DNA from: Chrysemys picta bellii
Taxonomy: Eukaryota
Direction: 5' to 3'
Assembly (NCBI RefSeq): GCF_011386835.1
Contig: NC_088812.1
Span: 3,782,001 to 3,846,000, forward strand
DNA: 64,000 bases
In this document: positions 11,914 through 22,282 of the stretch, piece by piece
Numbering within the stretch: the first letter of the stretch is position 1
Layout: the number at the start of each line of letters is the position of its first letter
Program-made: the position numbers and the translations under genes
Notes under the pieces: model-generated
Database searches by the model: none
Told to the model about the DNA's origin: nothing
The model's input: only the letters and a program-made list of their open reading frames with translations

Positions 11914-12068
11914 GAGAGCGGGCGCTTTGCTGGGCCCCGCCGGACAAGGCCGCCAGCGACTACGTGCTGGAGCTGCTGGCGGAGACGGAGGAGAAGCTGC
12001 TCAAGGTGCTGGCTGAGCTGGGCGACCAGGACCAGAGGCAGCTGCTGCAGAAAATCACCGAGGAGGAG
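11914..12068 (+). CDS. ODAD3: ODAD3 exon 11, with an apparent 1-nt deletion near 11935-11940
   Basis: Starts ESGRFAG (human EDGRFAG) but continues DKAASDYVLELLAETEEKLLK only in another frame; 155 nt instead of 156. Confidence 0.85.
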
Positions 12069-12187
12069 GTGGGCTCGGGACAGGGCTCCCCTTTTCACCC
12101 CCTCCCCGACAGCCCCACCTCGCTGGAGCTGCCCGCTGGCCCGTCCAGCCTCCCCCCCGGCCGCACTAACACTGCCCTCACTTGCAG

Positions 12188-12272
12188 TTCCACGCTAACC
12201 TGGAGGGGCGTCTGCCCAGTGCCAACGTCCGGGTGAAGCTGCCCGTCGCCCAGAAGCAGGACATGTACTATG
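12188..12272 (+). CDS. ODAD3: ODAD3 exon 12 (FHANLEGRLPSANVRVKLPVAQKQDMYY)
   Basis: LEGRLP as in human; phase 1 donor GTGAGT. Confidence 0.95.
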
Positions 12273-12678
12273 GTGAGTGGGGGGGCGGGTCCCTCCAGGT
12301 TGGAGGAGGCAAAGGTGCGTGTGGGCTGGGGGGCGAGGTGGGGGGGGCTGGGAGTGGGGTTGGGGGGCAAGGAGGAGAGGGGAGGCTGGGAGTAGGGCTG
12401 AGGGAAAGGCAGGGTAGCACAATGGGTACTGTGGGGGTGAATGGAGCTGTCAAGGTTGGGGGCAGGGTGTGGGTGCGGGGATGGGCTGGGGGGTGAGGTG
12501 GAGTGGGGGGGTTGGGAGTGGGGCTGGGGGGTGAGGTGAGGTGGTACTGTGGGGGTGAGGGAGCTGGCAAGGTTGGGGGCAGGGTGTGGGTGCGGGGATG
12601 GGCTGGGGGGTGAGGTGGAATGGGGGGATTGGGAGTGGGGCTGGGGGGTGAGGTGGGGTGGTACTGTGGGGGTGAGGG

Positions 12679-13041
12679 GAGCTGGCAAGGTTGAGGGCAG
12701 GGTGTGGGTGCGGGGTGGGGGGCAGCGCCAGGCGTGGGTGGGTGTGGGGGGGAGCAGCGGTCGCTCTGCCCCCCCACCAGCCCGCCCCCCCCGTCTCTGC
12801 CCCCAGACGAGGAAGCCAGCGGGGACGAGGGCGACGTGGTGACGCGGGCCGCGCTCGAGCTGGCAAGGTTGAGGGCAGGGTGTGGGTGCGGGGATGGGGT
12901 GGGGGGCAGCGCCAGGCGTGGGTGGGTGTGTGGGGGGGCACAGCGGTCGCTCTGCCCCCCCCCAGCCCGCCCCCCCCGTCTCTGCCCCCAGACGAGGAAG
13001 CCAGCGGGGACGAGGGCGACGTGGTGACGCGGGCCGCGCTC
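12679..13041 (+). repeat. Tandem duplication (~180 bp) containing the last acceptor and first 50 nt of the ODAD3 terminal exon
   Basis: CTCTGCCCCCAG|ACGAGGAAGCCAGCGGGGACGAGGGCGACGTGGTGACGCGGGCCGCGCTC occurs at 12807-12856 and again at 12992-13041. Confidence 0.9.
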
Positions 13042-13119
13042 AAGCGCCAGTCCCAGCAGATCATTGAAGCCAAGACCAAGCGCCGCAGCCGCCCCAAGAA
13101 GAAGGAGGGGAAGCTGTAG
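12992..13119 (+). CDS. ODAD3: ODAD3 terminal exon 13 (DEEASGDEGDVVTRAALKRQSQQIIEAKTKRRSRPKKKEGKL*)
   Basis: Matches human [26 protein letters not shown]; TAG at 13117-13119. Confidence 0.92.
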
Positions 13120-13697
13120 CCGGCCGGGCCGGGGGGAGCCCTAGGGGGCTCGGAGCTCAGCCCCCCGCCAGGCAGGGCCAGGGCTGGGGGGTTAAAGGCC
13201 CAGCTGGCTCCAGCCCAGGGCCCTCCCCTCAAAGCCGTGCCCCCTAGAGCTGGCGGCTGGGCGCCCTAGGCCCTGCCAGCCCGCCCCGATCCCAGCAATC
13301 CCCCACGGCCGCCTCTACCCCCGCCGTGGGCCGGCAGCCCCAGCCCCACGGAGCTCCTGCCCCTCGAGGGGTGGGGGGCAGTGTGAAGGTCAGGGCTGCC
13401 CCAAGGCCTGGCCAGGGGCCTGAGCCGGTCATGGAGGATGGGGGGCTGCCCCACAGCGACCCCTCAGGCCGTGTCCCAGATCCCCCCCCCCGGGGCTCTC
13501 CCCTCCCCCGCTTAGGGGGAAAGCATCCCCCCGTCTCCTCCTCCTGCTCCCCCCCCCCCGTAGGCAGTGGGTGAGTCGTGCCCCCGGCCTGGGCCTCTCG
13601 CGCTCCCTGCTGCCTCGAGCGGCTGCCCCAGAGCTTCCCCTCCGCACTGGGACCCCCAAGCACCCCCCCACTGACCCCCCTGTGCCGTGTGTGATTC

Positions 13698-13703
13698 AAT
13701 AAA
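13698..13703 (+). terminator. Probable ODAD3 polyadenylation signal
   Basis: First AATAAA noticed after the stop codon. Confidence 0.65.
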
Positions 13704-13799
13704 GCCACTCGGCTGGAGCAGCCCCTGGTTTGGTGCAGTGTGATGGGCATCCCCTCCCCCGCGAGGCGGGGGGGGGGGCCACGGGGCATTCGGCATGAC

Positions 13800-14535
13800 T
13801 AGCGCCCCCTAGCGCCGCCCTGGGGCCAGCCCTGACTGCTAGAGAGAGCGCCCCCTGCTGAGCCCCCGCCCCCCAGCACAGCGCCCCATAGCGCCACCCT
13901 GGGGCCAGCCCTGACTGCCGGGGGGAGCGCCCCCTGCTGAGCCCCCACCCCCCAGCACAGCGCCCCCTAGCGCCGCCCTGGGGCCAGCCCTGACTGCTAG
14001 AGAGAGCGCCCCCTGCTGAGCCCCCACCCCCCAGCACAGCGCCCCCTAGCGCCGCCGTGGGGCCAGCCCTGATTGCCGATGAGAGCGCCCCCTGCTGAGT
14101 CCCCGCCCTCCAGCACAGCGCCCCCTAGCACCACCCTGGGGCCAGCCCTGACTGCCGGGGGAGCGCCCCCTGCTGAGCCCCCACCCCCCAGCACACCGCC
14201 CCATAGCGCCGCCCTGGGGCCAGCCCTGACTGCCGGGGGGAGCGCCCCCTGCGGAGCCCCCGCCCCACAGCACAGCGCCCCGTAGCGCCGCCCTGGGGCC
14301 AGCCCTGATTGCCGGTGAGAGCGCCCCCTGCGGAGCCCCCGCCCCACAGCACAGCGCCCCCTAGCGCCGCCCTGGGGCCAGCCCTGATTGCCGGTGAGAG
14401 CGCCCCCTGCTGAGCCCCCGCCCCACATCACAGCGTCCCCTACCGCTACCCTGGGGCCAGCCCTGACTGCCAGCGGGGAGCGCCCCCTGCGGAGCCCCCG
14501 CCCCACAGCACAGCGCCCCCTAGCGCCGCCCTGGG
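13800..14535 (-). repeat. ~79-bp tandem array (~9.5 units), two CTCF-like cores per unit
   Basis: Plus-strand GCGCCCCCTAGCG and GCGCCCCCTGCTG alternate; reverse complements are CGCTAGGGGGCGC and CAGCAGGGGGCGC. Confidence 0.9.
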
Positions 14536-14967
14536 GCTGGCTGCAGAAAGCAAGGGCCGCCCTCCCTTGGCTGCAGCCCCTGCATGGCCCGGGGGGGAGG
14601 GGGGCCCCAGCAGCAAAGATTTGTTCCCCACTGGGCTCTGCTTCACCCCGGCCCCAGGATCCTCCGCCCACCTGATCCCGGCCTCAGGCTCTGATCCCAG
14701 CGAGCGCGTGTGCCCAGCTTCCACCCCCGTGGCAATCTCCTGCCTCAGTTTCCCCATCAGAAAGGGGGGCTCGTAACCGCTCCTCTCTGAGGCGGCTCTT
14801 CCACCGGCTTCGCGCTGCTGGGCGAGTGCCCCTGGGAGGGGGACAGGGATTGCCCTACGTCGGGGCAGAACTGACGGGGCACAGCGGGCAGCAAGGGAGG
14901 CTGCCCCAGACAGAGGGAGGAAGCCAGGCTGGAATGGAAGCTGCGGGGGCCACCCTGCTGTACCCCA

Positions 14968-15030
14968 TGTTGCGGATTGTGGGGGAGTTAGGGCCCTGCA
15001 CCCCCGGCTTCCTGCGATTCACCATGACTC
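14968..15030 (-). mobile_element. End of an LTR related to the element at 33805-37821, running into the gap
   Basis: GGGCCCTGCACCCCCGGCTTCCTGCGATTCACCATGACTC is the near-exact reverse complement of that LTR's 3' end; terminal TG at 14968. Confidence 0.8.
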
Positions 15031-15530
15031 NNNNNNNNNNNNNNNNNNNNNNNNNNNNNNNNNNNNNNNNNNNNNNNNNNNNNNNNNNNNNNNNNNNNNN
15101 NNNNNNNNNNNNNNNNNNNNNNNNNNNNNNNNNNNNNNNNNNNNNNNNNNNNNNNNNNNNNNNNNNNNNNNNNNNNNNNNNNNNNNNNNNNNNNNNNNNN
15201 NNNNNNNNNNNNNNNNNNNNNNNNNNNNNNNNNNNNNNNNNNNNNNNNNNNNNNNNNNNNNNNNNNNNNNNNNNNNNNNNNNNNNNNNNNNNNNNNNNNN
15301 NNNNNNNNNNNNNNNNNNNNNNNNNNNNNNNNNNNNNNNNNNNNNNNNNNNNNNNNNNNNNNNNNNNNNNNNNNNNNNNNNNNNNNNNNNNNNNNNNNNN
15401 NNNNNNNNNNNNNNNNNNNNNNNNNNNNNNNNNNNNNNNNNNNNNNNNNNNNNNNNNNNNNNNNNNNNNNNNNNNNNNNNNNNNNNNNNNNNNNNNNNNN
15501 NNNNNNNNNNNNNNNNNNNNNNNNNNNNNN
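15031..15530. other. Assembly gap (500 N)
   Basis: N run. Confidence 1.
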
Positions 15531-16640
15531 CCCCAGCTGCCCCACCCCTGGAGCCCCCACCTCACAGTCCTGCTGGTGCCCCTCGATCCCGACCCTCAGC
15601 CCCCAGCTGCCCCACCCCTGGGGCCCCCACCTCACAGCCCTGCCAGTGCCCCTCAATCCTGACTCACAGCCCTCCGCTGCCCCACCCCTGGAGCCCCCAC
15701 CTCACAGCCCTGCTGGTGCCCCTCGATCCCGACCCTCAGCCCCTGCTGCCCCACCCCTGGGGCCCCCACCTCACAGTCCTGCCAGTGCCCCTCAATCCTG
15801 ACCCGCAGCCCCCCGCTGCCCCACCCCTGGGGCCCCCACCTCACAGTCCTGCCGGTGCCCCTCAATCCCGATCTGCAGCCACCCCTGGAGCCCCCACCTC
15901 ACAGCCCTGCTGGTGCCCCTCGATCCCGACCCTCAGCCCCCCGCTGCCCCCACCCCTGGGGCCCCCACCTCACAGCCCTGCTGATACCCCTCGATCCTGA
16001 CCCGCAGCCCCACCCCTGGGGCCCCCACCTCACAGTCCTGCCGGTGCCCCTCATTCCTGACTCACAGCCCCCCGCTGCCCCACCCCTGGGGCCCCCACCT
16101 CACAGTCCTGCCAGTGCCCCTCACTCCCGACTCGCAGCCCCCAGCTGCCCCACCCCTGGGCCCCCACCTCACAGTCCTGCCGGTGCCCCTCACTCCCGAC
16201 TTGCAGCCCCACCCCTGGAGCCCCCACCTCACAGCCCTGCTGGTGCCCCTCGATCCCGACCCTCAGCCCCCTGCTGCCCCACTCCTGGGGCCCCCACCTC
16301 ACAGCCCTACGGGTGCCCCTCACTCCCGACTCGCAGCCCCCCGCTGCCCCACCCCTGGGGCCCCCACCTCACAGTCCTGCCAGTGCCCCTCAATCCTGAC
16401 CCGCAGCCCCCCGCTGCCCCACCCCTGGGGCCCCCACCTCACAGTCCTGCCAGTGCCCCTCAATCCTGACCCGCAGCCCCCCGCAGCCCCACCCCTGGAG
16501 CCCCCACCTCACAGCCCTGCTGGTGCCCCTCGATCCCGACCCTCAGCCCCCGCTGCCCCACCCCTGGGGCCCCCACCTCACAGCCCTGCCGGTGCCCCTC
16601 AATCCCGATCTGCAGCCCCTGTTGCCCACCCCTGGGGCCC
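15531..16640. repeat. C-rich minisatellite (CCCACCCCTGGGGCCCCCACCTCACAGTCCTGCCAGTGCCCCTCAATCCTGAC...)
   Basis: More than 15 variable units; source of several spurious Pro-rich ORFs. Confidence 0.9.
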
Positions 16641-16899
16641 ATTCCCCTGCCCCACAGCCTTGGAGTCGGAGCGGGAGGTGAGACGGGCCAGTGGAGTTTC
16701 AGGTGCCCCAGAGAGACGCGGGGGAGACCTGCCCATGTCCTGCCCCAGCCCCTGCTGCAACCAGGGAGAGAACCCAGGAGTCCTGGCTCCCGCACTAAGT
16801 ACTAGACTTTGCCCAGCCTGTCCTCCCCCAGCTCTCTGTCCCCCCGGCTGCCCCACTCCTGGCCCCCTCCAGGGGCTGAGCCCGCCCCACAGCCCCCCC

Positions 16900-17250
16900 C
16901 TCGTCTCTCCCCCCCGGGGGCGGCGGGGTCTCAGGCCGGGACTCCATGTCCCAGGCGCTCCCTGCGCTGCTCTCCCGCCCCCCTTGGATGGGGGAGGGGC
17001 CCCTTGTGCCCAAACTGCGCTGCCCCCCCGCGGCCCGGCCCCTCCCCCCGGGGCTGCAGCCGAGAGACCTTCCCGGCGCCGCCGAGTCAAGGGCGGACGC
17101 CGCGATCCAGCCCCGGCCCCGGCCCCGGAGCGCCCCATGGTAACGCCGCGCCCGGGGCCCGAACCCCCGCCCGGCAGCGGCCAGAGACATCGGCCCTGGG
17201 GGGCGTCCCTCGGCTGGGCTGCGGGCGGGGGGCGCTGGGTGTCCGGGGGT
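16900..17250 (+). promoter_or_regulatory. RGL3: CpG-rich RGL3 promoter / first exon region
   Basis: High CpG density immediately upstream of a candidate ATG|GTAACG donor. Confidence 0.55.
17137..17139 (+). CDS. RGL3: RGL3 candidate first coding exon end (ATG followed directly by intron)
   Basis: GCGCCCCATG|GTAACG, phase 0, compatible with exon 2; no nearby upstream in-frame ATG. Confidence 0.45.
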
Positions 17251-18657
17251 GGTGGGAAGGGGGGGCGCTGAGTAGCCGGGGGAGGAGGGGGCGCTGGAAG
17301 AGGGGCACATGGCTGCCTGGGGGGCGCTGGGTGCCTGATGGGGCATTGGAAGGGGGGCACATGGCTGCCTGGAGGCGATGGGTTCCTAGGAGGGGTAGGA
17401 AGGTGGTGCTGGGTGCCCGGGAGGGGAAGTGGGGGCTTGGTACCCAGGAGGGATAAGGGGGCGCTGGGTGCCTGGGGGGATAAGGGGGAGTTGGGTGCCC
17501 GGGAGGGAGGAGGGGGCACTGGGTGCCCGGGGTGGGTGCTGGGTGCCCGGGAGGAGGAGGGGCACTTTGTGTCCAGGGGGCACCTGCCCCGCTAGGGCCT
17601 GGGTTGAGACACCCCCCCAGCTCACTGCGAACGAGGGGCACCGAACGGGCATGGTGGGGTGGGGGCAGCTCTGGGGGATTGGAGACCTCACCCCCTCCCA
17701 GGTGGCCAGGTCCCATGGGGATCAGGGTGCCGGACGCCAGCCCCACATCCCCGAGCTGGGGGGGAGAACCCGACTTGCGGCCACTGGGATGGCAGCCCCC
17801 CCCCCGCCACCAGTTGGGGTGGGGGGCAGCAGAGCCCCTCGTGGTGCTGTGGGGGGGCCAGGGTGGAGGGGGGGCAGGGGCAGCAGGGCCCCTTGTGGCG
17901 CTGTGGAGGTGGGGCTGCGGGAGGCTGACCCTGCTGGACCGGTTGGCGGCTCCGCTCCAGCTCCTTAAATGGGGGGTTGTTCAGGGTAGCTGGAGCCCCA
18001 GAGCACTCTGCCCCCCCCCACGTGCCACGCCCGCTTCTCCCCCCCCCGTGGGGGTGGGTGGGTTGTTCAGTGGGTGGCCCCTGCTCCTCCCCCCTTTAGC
18101 AGGGGGCTGGGAGTCCAGACTCCTGAGCTCTAGTCTATTCCAAAGTTGCTTCGTGCCTCAGTTTCCCCATCTGTTCTGTAGGGATGTGGATTCAGCACCA
18201 GCCTGTAGGGGGCGGGGGGAGGGCCAGGTGCTGCTGCGCACAGGTGGAGTGCCGGGGGCTGCCTGCAGGGAGGGGCCATACTGCACCACCATCCTTCAGC
18301 CCCAGAGCTGCCAGCATCCCAGGCTGATGGCTGCACCAGGGGTGGGGTGAGGGGACCCCTTAATCCTCCCCCTCCCCCCAGGAGAAACCTATAGAAGTTG
18401 CATTTGCATCCCCAGGTTTCAGGCTCCTCTGAGAGGTGGTATCATATGCGGGGGAAACTGAGTCACCAAGGGGTGAAGGGATTCACCCGGAATCACATAT
18501 CGCATCTGTGGCAGAGCTGGGGAGAGAACCCAGGAGTCCTGGCTTCCAGCTCCCCACCCTGCTCTAACCACTAGATCCCACTGTCCTCCCAGAACTGGGG
18601 ACAGAACCCATCTCTGTGTGTTGGGGGCCCATGGCCTGGTCTATTCTCCCCCTGCAG

Positions 18658-18765
18658 GAGCCCCTCCAGCAGTGGGGTGAAGAGGTGGAAGACGGGGCCA
18701 TCTACAGCGTCACCCTACAGCGGGTGAGGGCGGAGCCTGCACCCAACGGGGGACCCTGCCCGCTG
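18658..18765 (+). CDS. RGL3: RGL3 (RalGDS-like 3) exon 2 (EPLQQWGEEVEDGAIYSVTLQRV...)
   Basis: Matches human [20 protein letters not shown]; CAG|...|GTACGG. Confidence 0.92.
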
Positions 18766-19250
18766 GTACGGGGGGCTTTGCCAGGGGCCGGTCAGCTCGC
18801 CTATGTCAAGGGGGGCTGGACCTCGTCAGCACCTGCATGGGGGATCCTGGTGCTGCAGGGAGCGGGGCGGCGGGCCAGCAGGGGGCGCTGGGCTGTGACT
18901 TGGGCTCGTTTTCTTTGGGAGCGGGAATTCGTCACATCCTGACCTACTCTGCTGCGCGGCGGCGTTAGAAACAGCCCCGTGCTCCGCCCCAGAGGTGGCT
19001 GCATCTCAGGCCAGTGGACCCTTTTGGGATCCTGCAGGAGGGGAAGAGGCTGGGGTGATGTAATTATTCCTTCTATTCCCTCCGTCTCAATCTCTCCATA
19101 CCTGTCTATCCCCCCCCCATCTATCTATCTCCATCACTCCCTCCCTCCCCCTCTATCCCTCCATCCAATCTATTTCTCACACTCCATCCATCCGACCTCC
19201 TGTCCATCCCTCTCTCTGTCCACTTCATCTCTCCCCCCCCCCCCCCGCAG

Positions 19251-19462
19251 GCTGGAGTTGACCCCCCCTGCCCCTTCGTGCTGTACCGCACCTGCAAACT
19301 GCGCCGGCTGCGCGCCGGGACCTTGCCCCAGCTGGTGAGAGGCCTGGTCTCCGCCAGTGCAGAGAGCGACCCTGGCTACCGCCCCAGCTTCCTGGCCACC
19401 TACCGCGCCTTCGCCACCCCCGGCCGCGTGCTGGAGCTGCTGCTGCCGCTGGGCCCCGACAG
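19251..19462 (+). CDS. RGL3: RGL3 exon 3, REM domain (LYRTCKLRRLRAGTLPQLV...SFLATYRAF)
   Basis: FLATYR motif of RalGDS family REM domain; phase 2. Confidence 0.93.
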
Positions 19463-19645
19463 GTGAGCCGGGGGGTGTTGGGCTCCCCCCACCCCCGACA
19501 GGTGAACCCTGGGCTCCCCCTACCCCTGACAGGTGAGCCGGGGGGTGTTGGGCTCCCCCCCACCCCCGACAGGTGAACCCTGGGCTCCCCCTACCCCTGA
19601 CAGGTGAGCCGGGGGGTGTTGGGCTCCCCCCACCCCCAACAGGGG
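19463..19645 (+). repeat. Short tandem repeat reiterating the exon 3 donor (GACAG|GTGA)
   Basis: Donor-like junctions after 19462, 19501, 19532, 19572 and 19603. Confidence 0.85.
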
Positions 19646-19880
19646 AGCCCTGGGGCCTGGTATCTGGGCAAGTGGGGGTGCGAGAACCCTGCAGTCCCGT
19701 CCCCGTGCTAGCGGCCCTCACCCAGCCAGGCCAGGGAAGGGGGCTGCTGTGGGTTGGGGGATCTCAGACCAGCTCCTGCGGTTACAGGGATGGCCCCAGA
19801 CCCAGAGGGGAGGGGCCTCAGAGCCTGATCTGCCCCCTCTTGTCAGGACTGACCCCCCCCTGCCCCCACCTTTCCCCCAG

Positions 19881-20077
19881 GGCTGTGCTGCAGGTGCTGG
19901 AGCTCTGGCTGCGTCATCACCCCCAGGATTTCCGGGAGCCCCCCCAGCACCCCAGCCTGCGCCAGCTCCACGGCTACCTGCGCCAGGCAGCCCCGGGCTC
20001 GGAGGGGTGTGCGCGGGCCGAAGGGCTACTGCAGAGCTTTCAGGAGGAGCCGGGAGATGAACAGGCGGAGCCTGAGA
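19881..20077 (+). CDS. RGL3: RGL3 exon 4 (AVLQVLELWLRHHPQDFREPP...)
   Basis: WLxxHPQDFRxPP as in human; CAG|...|GTAAGA. Confidence 0.93.
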
Positions 20078-20089
20078 GTAAGAGATTCT

Positions 20090-21270
20090 GGGCTACAACC
20101 CCCACTGCTGCCTGTCCCCGGCTACAACCCCTGCCTCTGCCTGTCCCCTGCCTCCGCCTGTCCCCTGGCTACAACCCCCGCCTCCGCCTGTCCCCTGCCT
20201 CCGCTTGTCCCCTGGCTACAACCCCCACCACCGCCTGTCCCCTGCCTCTGCCTGTCCCCTGGCTACAACCCCCACCACCGCCTGTCCCCTGCCTCCGCCT
20301 GTCCCCTGGCTACAACCCCCACCGCCGCCTGTCCCCTGGCTACATCCCCTGCCTCCACCTGTTCCCTGGCTACAACCCCCGCCTCTGCCTGTCCCCTGCC
20401 TCCGCTTGTCCCCTGGCTACAACCCCCGCCTCTGCCTGTCCCCTGCCTCCGCCAGTCCCCTGGCTACAACCCCCACCACCGCCTGTCCCCTGCCTCCGCC
20501 TGTCCCCTGGCTACAACAACCCCCGCCTCTGCCTGTCCCCTGCCTCCGCCAGTCCCCTGGCTACAACCCCCACCACCGCCTGTCCCCTGCCTCCGCCTGT
20601 CCCCTGGCTACAACCCCCACCGCCGCCTGTCCCCTGGCTACATCCCCCGCCTCCACCTGTCCCCTGCCTCCACCTGTCCCCTGGCTACAACCTCCACTGC
20701 CACCTGTCCCCTGCCTCCGCCTGTCCCCTGGCTACAACCCCCACTGCCGCCTGTCCCCTGCCTCCGCCTGTCCCCTGCCTCCGCCTGTCCCCTGCCTCCG
20801 CCTGTCCCCAGCTACAACCCCCGCATTCGCCTGTCCCCTGGCTACAGCCCCCGCCTCCACCTGTCCCTGCTCCACCTGTCCCCTTGCTACAGTCCCTGCC
20901 TGCACCTGTCCCTTCCACCCCCTGACTACATCCACCGCCTCGTCCTGTCCCCTGGCTAGGACCCCCGCCTCGGCCTGTTCCCAGGCTACAGCCTCACCTC
21001 GGCCTGTCCCCTGGCTACAACCCCTGCCTCCGCCTGCCTCCGCCTGTTCCCTGGCTACAGTCCCCACCTGCGGCTGTTCCCCCCACCCCCTGGCTACAAC
21101 CCCCGCCTCTGCCTGTCCCTGGCTACAACCCCTGCCTCTGCCTGTCCCCTGCTTCCACCTGTTCCCACTCCCCCCACCTCTGCCTGCCCCTGTTACTCCC
21201 ACCTCCAACTGTCCCCCAGCTACAACCCCCCAGCACCTGTCCCCCTCCTGGCTCTTCCACCACCACCTGT
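20090..21270. repeat. Intronic minisatellite (GGCTACAACCCCC...CGCCTGTCCCCTGCCTCCGCCTGTCCCCT)
   Basis: More than 20 variable units. Confidence 0.9.
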
Positions 21271-21399
21271 CCCCTGGCTACAGCCCTTCGTGTGCCTGTC
21301 CATCTTATCCCCTCCTCCACCCACCCCTTGGCTGGGACCCCTCAGTGCCTGTCCCTGTGCAGCCGGCAGGTCTGATGCCCTGTGCTGTCTCCCCTGCAG

Positions 21400-21530
21400 G
21401 CTGTGAATCCCCTGGGGCTGGTCCACTGGCGTTGGAGGGCGAGGGGGGGCCAGAGGGCTGCGGGGAGCCCCCCGATCTCCTGTCGTTCAGTGCGGAGGAG
21501 GTGGCCGAGCAGCTGACACTAATGGACATA
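21400..21530 (+). CDS. RGL3: RGL3 exon 5 (...PDLLSFSAEEVAEQLTLMDI), start of CDC25 GEF domain
   Basis: EVAEQLTL motif; GTAAGT donor. Confidence 0.93.
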
Positions 21531-21589
21531 GTAAGTGGGGGGCTGAGGGGAGTGGGGCCAGAGCACCCAAGAAAGCATAGCCCAGTGGT

Positions 21590-21990
21590 TAGAGTGGGGG
21601 GGGGGGGCTGGGCGCCAGGACTCCTGGGTTCTCTCCCCAGCTCTGGGAGGGGAGTGGGGTCTAGTGGTGAGAGCAGGGAGGGGCTGGGAGTAGGACTGCA
21701 GGGTTCTCTCCCCAGCTCTGGGAGGGGAATGGGGTTTAGTGGTTGGACCAGGGGGGCTGGGAGCCAGGACTCCTGGGTTCTATGCCCAGCTCTGGGAGGG
21801 GAGTGGGGTCTAGTGGCTAGAGTGAGAGGGTTGGGAGCCAGGACTCCTGGGTTCTCTCCCCAGCTCTGGGAGGGGAGTGGGGTCTAGTGGTTAGAGCAGG
21901 GGGGCTGGGCGCCAGGACTCCTGGGTTCTCTCCCCAGCTCTGGGAGGGGAGTGGGGTCTAGTGGCTAGAGTGAGAGGGTTGGGAGCCAGG
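21590..21990. repeat. Tandem copies of a SINE-like unit (CCAGGACTCCTGGGTTCTCTCCCCAGCTCTGGGAGGGGAGTGGGGTCTAGTGG)
   Basis: Same unit dispersed at ~8.5, 10.0, 10.8, 11.2, 18.5, 29.5, 39.9, 57.6, 59.2 and 61.3 kb. Confidence 0.8.
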
Positions 21991-22066
21991 ACTCCTGGGT
22001 TCTGTTCCTTTGCTGTGCCTGGGCACAGAGCATGGACCCTCCCCCACTCCCTCTCCCCCCCCACAG

Positions 22067-22282
22067 GAGCTGTTCACGCAGGTGCGGCCCTTCCACTGCC
22101 TGGGCTGCGTGTGGTCGCAGAGGGACCGCAAGGTGGGCGAGGGGGCAGCGCCCAGCGTCCGCGCCACTGTGGCCCAGTTCAACGCCGTCACTGGCTGCGT
22201 CATCGCCTCGGTGCTGGGTGATGTGCAGCTCCGTGCGCAGCAGAGAGCCCGGCTGCTAGAGAAGTGGGTCGCCATTGCCCAG
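22067..22282 (+). CDS. RGL3: RGL3 exon 6 ([20 protein letters not shown]...[11 protein letters not shown]...EKWVAIAQ)
   Basis: CLGxVWSQRD and VRATVAQFN conserved. Confidence 0.96.

Noticed and set aside
14826-15662. ORFs of 222-278 aa crossing the gap (also 45567-46037 and 50530-51729)
   Set aside because: Their length is due to N runs translated as X.
19573-21887. 450-560 aa ORFs spanning RGL3 exons 4-5
   Set aside because: Real exons embedded in open repeat frames; canonical splice sites give the conserved protein.
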